Source: Blastocatellia bacterium (GTDB lineage Bacteria; Acidobacteriota; Blastocatellia; UBA7656). From it: a stretch of 64,000 nucleotides of DNA. Within the stretch, counting starts at the first letter, position 1, and every line of letters starts with the position of its first letter. The translations under genes were made by a program, and so were the position numbers. The stretch lies in assembly GCA_963765495.1 (NCBI GenBank), contig CAVXWP010000013.1:32001-96000 (forward strand), written 5' to 3'. Positions 58,707-64,000 of the stretch are shown here, piece after piece. Below the pieces are notes generated by a model. It had not been told where the DNA came from and ran no database searches. It saw nothing but the letters and a program-made list of their open reading frames with translations.

Positions 58707-59335
58707 CACTCCCCGCCGGCGGATTTCAAATCGGCATCTCGTTTGTAGTAGTTGTAGCGCTCGATGATCTTCTGGACGTAATTGCGCGTGACGGGAAATT
58801 CTATGCGGGCGATAAACTCTTCCTGAGAGAGGTTGGAACGCTCGGAATTGGGGGCCCATCGCTCGACATTCGTAGGCCCGGCGTTGTAAGCCGCAAGCGC
58901 AACGGCCAGGCGATTGGATTCCTCTCTGTAGCGGTTGAGCAGCGATTGCAGATACCAGCAGCCCGCGTGCAGACTGATCTCGGGATCGCTGAAGGCTTCT
59001 TCAAAACTGGGCTCGCTGTTTGTTTGTGAGGTCTTCGATACCGTGGCTATGGCTTCTCTAAGAGTTCGAGACCGCGTTGAGGCCATCCATTCCTGAGCGG
59101 CTACGGGGGTGACCTGCATCAGACCGACGGCATTTTGCGCGCTCTGGGCTCGCGGATTGAAAAACGATTCTTCATAGATGATGGATTTGATCAGCGCCGG
59201 ATCGAGATCATACTTTCGCGCGACCGTGACTATCTGTTTGTCATAGCGATGAGTCCAGTAGTACCACGCGCCAAAGCCGCCGATCACGCCTATGAATATC
59301 AAAGCAAAAAGCAGGAGTAATACTTTACGCTTCAC
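58706..59335 (-). CDS. Lytic transglycosylase (SLT domain), membrane anchored
   Basis: IIYEES, AVGLMQV, AAYNAGP, TRNYV. Confidence 0.9.
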   Translation of the reverse strand: MKRKVLLLLFALIFIGVIGGFGAWYYWTHRYDKQIVTVARKYDLDPALIKSIIYEESFFNPRAQSAQNAVGLMQVTPVAAQEWMASTRSRTLREAIATVSKTSQTNSEPSFEEAFSDPEISLHAGCWYLQSLLNRYREESNRLAVALAAYNAGPTNVERWAPNSERSNLSQEEFIARIEFPVTRNYVQKIIERYNYYKRDADLKSAGGE

Positions 59336-59350
59336 CAGGTCCGCCCCCTT

Positions 59351-60258
59351 TCAATTGTCACGGCGTAGCCCAGACCAAAAATCGCTCGGTTCGTAATCGC
59401 GGTCCACACCTTCGTAGCGAGCGGAGAGTTCGGCCGCTTCGAGCACATGCCCTTGCAGCCATATATTTGCAGTCAGATGGCTTCCTATCTCGATCTGCCC
59501 CTTGAGCGCGCGGCGGTTCATCAGAATTTCCAGCCGCATTCTTCCCGCATCAACGTATGCCCAGATCAGTTTGCTTGCCGTAAGAGGGTTTTCTACCTCT
59601 CTCCACGCAAGCACCCTGCCCGAGATTATATAGTCGTTCTCGCAGGCTTCGTCCACATATTCGGGCAACTGCTCGGCCAGCTCGAACCGAAAGGAGGGGG
59701 GCTCGGCTTTCTTGCGGCAATCCGACAGAGGTTCATCCGACAGAGGTTCATCCGACAGAGGTTCATCCGACAGAGGTTCGCCGTTGCCGCGTAGGCAAGA
59801 CCGGCGAGCGCAATGCGCAGGCGCGCCTCGCGAAACAGCCCCGTCTGAAGTTCGGTGAGGTTTTGAAGCTCAAGCACAACATCAAGACCCGTGGTCGTCG
59901 TGCCGCAAAGTATAGCCTCACCATCTTCATCGTACTCTATCAATTCCCAATCCTGAATCATCTGGAGGTACCGGCTGCGAAAGGCGGGGCGGCAATCTGC
60001 ATAATAAGAATCGCCGTCTCGCTCGTAAAGGATTGACCAGACTTCGAGCCCGTGCCCAATCTTCCAGCATCGCCCGTGCAGCGTGATATCCCTGCGATGT
60101 GAGTGGCTTCGCTCGCCGCTCGTCTCTACGTGTTCGGCCATCAGGTTATAGGCGTCCTCGTCGGTCACTTCAAATCCGATGGCGTCGAAAAGCTCGGCCA
60201 TCACAGTGCCGCTAAAGGATTCGGAATCGAATTGATGTTCGCTGGTCGGTTGGGACAT
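59351..60258 (-). pseudogene. Conserved-looking hypothetical protein split by a frameshift near a 15-bp x4 repeat and a G6 run
   Basis: Upstream frame MSQPT...LAGLAY; a second frame continues SFRFELAEQLPEYV...WLQG to the stop at 59351; ATCCGACAGAGGTTC x4 at 59720-79. Confidence 0.65.
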
Positions 60259-60263
60259 CTCTT

Positions 60264-60360
60264 TAGATTTTGGATTTTGGATTTTAGATTTTAGATTTTG
60301 GAAGCCGAGAACCGGCAAGGCTTTTTCTCAATCCAAAATCCAAAATCTAAAATCCAAAAT
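60264..60360. repeat. Heptamer-arm palindromic element, GATTTT(G/A) type
   Basis: About 5x (G/A)GATTTT...about 4x ATC(C/T)AAA; touches the htrA-like stop codon. Confidence 0.9.
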
Positions 60361-61511
60361 CATTTCTGTTTGCTCTCTTGGCCTATCTCTGCGCTCAAGG
60401 TGTATTCGTGCCCGTCGCGCAATATTTTTATCGATATTTTTGTGCCCGGCGTCTTGGCCGCGACTATCCGGTTCAACTGCACGTAGGAAGTGACCGTCTC
60501 GCCATCAATGGAGATGATTACATCGTCTTTGCGGAGGCCGGCACGAGCGGCGGGCGTTCCTCGCTCCGAGCGCACGACGAGTACGCCCTGTGTGTCGGGC
60601 GGGAGCTTATTGATTCCTCGAACGTCGGAATCGAGGTCGCGCGTTTCTACGCCGAGAAAGCCGCGCGCAACGCGGCCTCGCTCGATCAACTGGGGGAGGA
60701 TGGCTTTCAGGGAATTGATTGGAATAGAGAAGCTCAAGCCCTGAGAGCCGCCCAGTACAAGCGTATTGATTCCGACGACCCTGCCTTGAATGTTGACGAG
60801 CGGGCCCCCGGAATTGCCCGGATTGATCGCTGCGTCGGTCTGAAGATAATCGTCAAACTGTCCCCCGAATCCACTGCGCCCTTTGGCGCTCACTATCCCG
60901 AGCGTGACCGTGTGATCAAGCCCGAGCGGGTTGCCCACGGCTATGACCCATTCGCCCACGCGAAGGGCATCGCTATCACCGAGTTCGGCTACGGGCAGGG
61001 CGGCTCCGTCGGGCGCAATCTGAAGCAAGGCGATATCGGTCGCTTCGTCAAAACCTTTGACGGAGGCGGGAAACTGCCGTCCGTCGTGCAAGGTGACCAG
61101 CACTCTGTCAACCAGCTTTGTCGGAGCCTCTGCATCCTGATTCCTCAACAGACTGGACCTTTGCGGGCTCGAGCTTGAGATCAGGTGAAAGTTGGTCACT
61201 ATCAGACCCTTGGCATCTATGATGAAACCGCTGCCGAGGTTTTCGCCGTTTTCCGAAGATGAACGGATATTGACCACCACATCATTTATCCTGTCGGCGA
61301 TGTCGGGAATGTCGAGCAGCAACATCTTGCCCTGAGTGGCGGAAGCCGCCTGCGCCGGTGGCGGTTTGACCGACGGCTGTTGCTGAGGAGTTCGACCGGG
61401 CGGACGGGCGGGACCAGTCTGCCCAAGCGCGCTCGACAGCCGCGACTGGATCATCGGCAGACAGAGCATACAAAACAGAGAGAGAATTACGGGAAATCTT
61501 TTTTTATTCAT
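60360..61511 (-). CDS. HtrA/DegP-family serine protease with one PDZ domain
   Basis: GSGFII, TNFH, TDIALL, QTDAAINPGNSGGP; start MNKKRF at 61511. Confidence 0.92.
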   Translation of the reverse strand: MNKKRFPVILSLFCMLCLPMIQSRLSSALGQTGPARPPGRTPQQQPSVKPPPAQAASATQGKMLLLDIPDIADRINDVVVNIRSSSENGENLGSGFIIDAKGLIVTNFHLISSSSPQRSSLLRNQDAEAPTKLVDRVLVTLHDGRQFPASVKGFDEATDIALLQIAPDGAALPVAELGDSDALRVGEWVIAVGNPLGLDHTVTLGIVSAKGRSGFGGQFDDYLQTDAAINPGNSGGPLVNIQGRVVGINTLVLGGSQGLSFSIPINSLKAILPQLIERGRVARGFLGVETRDLDSDVRGINKLPPDTQGVLVVRSERGTPAARAGLRKDDVIISIDGETVTSYVQLNRIVAAKTPGTKISIKILRDGHEYTLSAEIGQESKQK

Positions 61512-61719
61512 TGTTTCGACCAGAGGAAAGATGTTCATCATGCGGATCACTGGCGGGCGCGTGAGTCCGCTGCCCCCGGACATTTCGCGCGGGGCCGTAA
61601 CTCGGTCGCTTGCCCGACCGAGACATCTCGGCGAAAAGGTCTACGTCGTAATCACACTCACGCGACATCTCTTCGCGGATTGCATGCAACTCTTCCAGAA
61701 ATCTTGGCTTGCGATACAT
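61504..61719 (-). CDS. Small protein, probable partner/antitoxin of the PIN protein
   Basis: LEELHAIREEMSRECDYD pattern; directly downstream of the PIN gene. Confidence 0.55.
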   Translation of the reverse strand: MYRKPRFLEELHAIREEMSRECDYDVDLFAEMSRSGKRPSYGPARNVRGQRTHAPASDPHDEHLSSGRNNE

Positions 61720-61725
61720 AAAATC

Positions 61726-61799
61726 AGTTTTGAGTTTTGAGTTTTGAGTTTTGAGTTTTCCTGCTCTAATTCAAAACTCAAAACTCAAAACTCAAAACT
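61726..61799. repeat. Heptamer-arm palindromic element, AGTTTTG type
   Basis: About 5x AGTTTTG, 11-nt spacer, 4x CAAAACT. Confidence 0.92.
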
Positions 61800-61802
61800 T
61801 CT

Positions 61803-62267
61803 TCAGAACTCCGCATTAATCAAAAACTCCGGCGTCACAATCATGGGCACGAAAAAGCCGGCTATCGTGTTGAACAATTGAATGCGCGATTGCCTGTGCA
61901 CATTCGCGATATAGCCGAAATCCCAGGTCACGAGCAGATCGGCTTTGTTGACCGAAGCAATGGCTACGTGCAGGGCATTGCCTATGTACTTGCGATGAAA
62001 TATGCCGCGCGACACATAGCCCTCTGCCAGTATCGCGGCCTCTTCGCTTATATCGAACTTCTCGACGTTTCGAATCAGATTCAGATAAGCGGAGCGACGC
62101 GGCTCGTCGGTTCGCTCAAGTTCCCTGACGACAAGCGGCGATATAAAGGGCGCGTAATCTGAAAGCTCGTGCTCCCACCAGCGTATCGTCAGGTCGCGGC
62201 GAAACGGCTCGCCGTTGTCGAGATACGCGCCGATTACGGATGTTTCCAGATATAAGCTCTTTTTCAT
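61803..62267 (-). CDS. PIN-domain (VapC-like) protein
   Basis: YLETSVI, ISPLVVREL, NALHVAIA, LLVTWD, IVTPE. Confidence 0.82.
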   Translation of the reverse strand: MKKSLYLETSVIGAYLDNGEPFRRDLTIRWWEHELSDYAPFISPLVVRELERTDEPRRSAYLNLIRNVEKFDISEEAAILAEGYVSRGIFHRKYIGNALHVAIASVNKADLLVTWDFGYIANVHRQSRIQLFNTIAGFFVPMIVTPEFLINAEF

Positions 62268-62319
62268 AAGCGCCGAAAAAGTAATTCTATCACCTTCGGG
62301 CGCGTGCGGGGAACACTTG

Positions 62320-62449
62320 AGGGATGAGGGATGAGGGATGAGGGATGAAAAAGACCGTAGCGTGAGGACTCGGTGAAAAGCGATTCGTCAGTAATCAAGT
62401 CGATTCCTGAGAGTCCGTTTCATCCCTCATCCCTCATCCCTCATCCCTT
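62320..62449. repeat. Heptamer-arm palindromic element, GGGATGA type
   Basis: (GGGATGA)4...(TCATCCC)4; abuts the stop codon at 62450. Confidence 0.92.
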
Positions 62450-64000
62450 TCACTGTCGTGTCAGGGTTGCGGTGGTTGGGTCAAAGATCAGTCTTGTGTT
62501 TATGAAATCAATCGTAACGCGGAAATTGCGCAGGAAATCGCCGCCAAGTATTCCGCTCTGCTCGAAACCTGCCGTTTCGTTTATAGCATCGAAGCTCAAT
62601 ACGAGCGCGCGTAAATTCTCTTGCTGCATGGCGGCGACACGGCAATGACGAATCAAGAGCAGAGGGACGTTGTCGGATATGCCTGCCGCGCCGACCACGC
62701 TCACCGTCTGGCCTTTGATTATGCTTTCGCGCAAGTTGAGCCGGTCGACTGCCGCAACCGATATGACCGTAGAACTGGCACCCGAATCGAGTATCGCGTT
62801 TATCCGGTGATTGTTGTCGAGTTCGGTTTCGATGCTGATCAAACCGTTTTGTGTCGTGCGAAACGGGATGACAGCGGCGTCGGGCGAGAAGGCGACCTGT
62901 GATGTCTTGTCGTTTGAGCGATCCAGCCGCATTACCTCGGCGTGGTAATCAAGCTCGGTCAAAAAGTGCGACAGTATCGAAAGTCCTATGAAACCATCGG
63001 CGCGCTCGGCGTCGCCTTTCTCCTTTGAGCCGTGAAAGGGGCGTATGAAGCAGGGAACCGCTTTGATCTTTGCGTCTCCGAGTTCAATCGAATTAATCAG
63101 GCCATAAACTATCTTGAACTGCCCGTCGCCGCCCACGCCCTGTGATGTGCCTCCACGGGCAAGCTCGGAAACCTTGAAGCGTTTGGCGGCCTCTTTGGAA
63201 ATGACCGTAAAACCGGACCCCGTATCTATAACGAATCTGGCATCGCGCCCGTTGAGTTTCACGTCGATATAGGGTCTGCGATCACTGCCCAGATGAAAAG
63301 GCACATCGGTCGTCTTTGCCCCGCCTACATCGTGTATGCTGATCCCGGCCAGTTTACGATAAAAGTGTATCAGCCCTTCTATACGGTCTCGCCGGTCGTG
63401 GTCGGTTTTTGGAGCTATCTCAAGGAACCGCTCATAGGCATCGGCAGCGTCGTTGAACCTCTCTATCCGCGAAGAGGCTCGCGCAAACGTCATAAGGTAA
63501 TCGGGTTCATCCGGGTCGAGCTTGAAAGCGCGGAAAGACCTTGTGCGGGCATCCTCGCATCGGCCCTCAAAGTAATCCACCTCGGCCGCCGCCCCGTGTC
63601 CCATAGGCTCTTTTGGGTCGAGTTTTACGGCCTGAACGATCTCATAAACCGCAGGTGCGATATAGCCCGAACGTATAAGCGCAAACCCCGCGAGCGCATG
63701 ACCCCGGGCGTTATTCGGGTCTATCTTGAGCGCTTCCTTTGCCTGCTCGAAGCAGAGCAGATAGTTCATGTCTTTCAGGTAGGCAAGCGAGATGCCCAAT
63801 CGAGCGTCAATGTCGCTAGGGTCTGATTCAAGCAATTGCTGGTAAAGCTTTATGGCCTGCTCGTACTTGCCCTGGCGTATGGCCTTTCTGCCGTCGCGGC
63901 GCATATTGTCGCGATCATCTTTCCTGCTCTCTTCGGCGAGAGTAGCCGCCCTGTAAGGCGTGACCGCAACCGAAAGTATGAGCGCCATTGCAAGCAGCAT
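62450..64000 (-). CDS. TPR + tandem retropepsin-like aspartyl protease (may extend past the window)
   Basis: TPR repeats; FVIDTGSG, DGFIGL, AILDSGAS, GILGGDFL. Confidence 0.88.
   Translation of the reverse strand: MLLAMALILSVAVTPYRAATLAEESRKDDRDNMRRDGRKAIRQGKYEQAIKLYQQLLESDPSDIDARLGISLAYLKDMNYLLCFEQAKEALKIDPNNARGHALAGFALIRSGYIAPAVYEIVQAVKLDPKEPMGHGAAAEVDYFEGRCEDARTRSFRAFKLDPDEPDYLMTFARASSRIERFNDAADAYERFLEIAPKTDHDRRDRIEGLIHFYRKLAGISIHDVGGAKTTDVPFHLGSDRRPYIDVKLNGRDARFVIDTGSGFTVISKEAAKRFKVSELARGGTSQGVGGDGQFKIVYGLINSIELGDAKIKAVPCFIRPFHGSKEKGDAERADGFIGLSILSHFLTELDYHAEVMRLDRSNDKTSQVAFSPDAAVIPFRTTQNGLISIETELDNNHRINAILDSGASSTVISVAAVDRLNLRESIIKGQTVSVVGAAGISDNVPLLLIRHCRVAAMQQENLRALVLSFDAINETAGFEQSGILGGDFLRNFRVTIDFINTRLIFDPTTATLTRQ

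Noticed and set aside
59720-59779. Direct repeats here and at 45481 and 55344 as possible CRISPR arrays
   Set aside because: Units are 13-15 bp, head to tail with no spacers, and no cas genes are present.
1-64000. Prophage, integron, transposase, retron/RT, rRNA or tRNA
   Set aside because: No supporting motifs were seen by eye; small RNAs cannot be excluded without a covariance search.

Overview
A GC-rich (by eye, mid-50s %) bacterial chromosomal segment. Gene content suggests Acidobacteriota, probably Blastocatellia-like (Oar-type TonB receptor, acidobacterial VWA protein, many secreted TPR and protease proteins); this is an inference. About 45 coding genes are supported. They include a thioester alpha-2-macroglobulin, an egtB/egtD/gamma-Glu-Cys ligase cluster followed by a betaine-class ABC transporter, a minimal arsR-arsI pair, a hydrolase-murF-ddl module, queA, a perR-ahpC-thioredoxin operon, c-di-GMP genes, a PIN toxin pair and many peptidases. 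No rRNA, tRNA, CRISPR array, integrase or transposase was seen. The most striking non-coding feature is a dense family of at least 11 palindromic elements of about 75-140 bp. Each has two inverted arms made of tandem heptamers. At least 6 different heptamers are used, but the polarity is always the same, and the arms often touch stop codons. One copy is inserted in frame inside queA. Also present: CAGGGCCATT-ended MITE-like elements, 13-15 bp tandem duplications spanning stop codons, two apparently leaderless repressor genes, two frameshifted genes and an amidohydrolase remnant. All calls come from motif reading only; no database searches were run.
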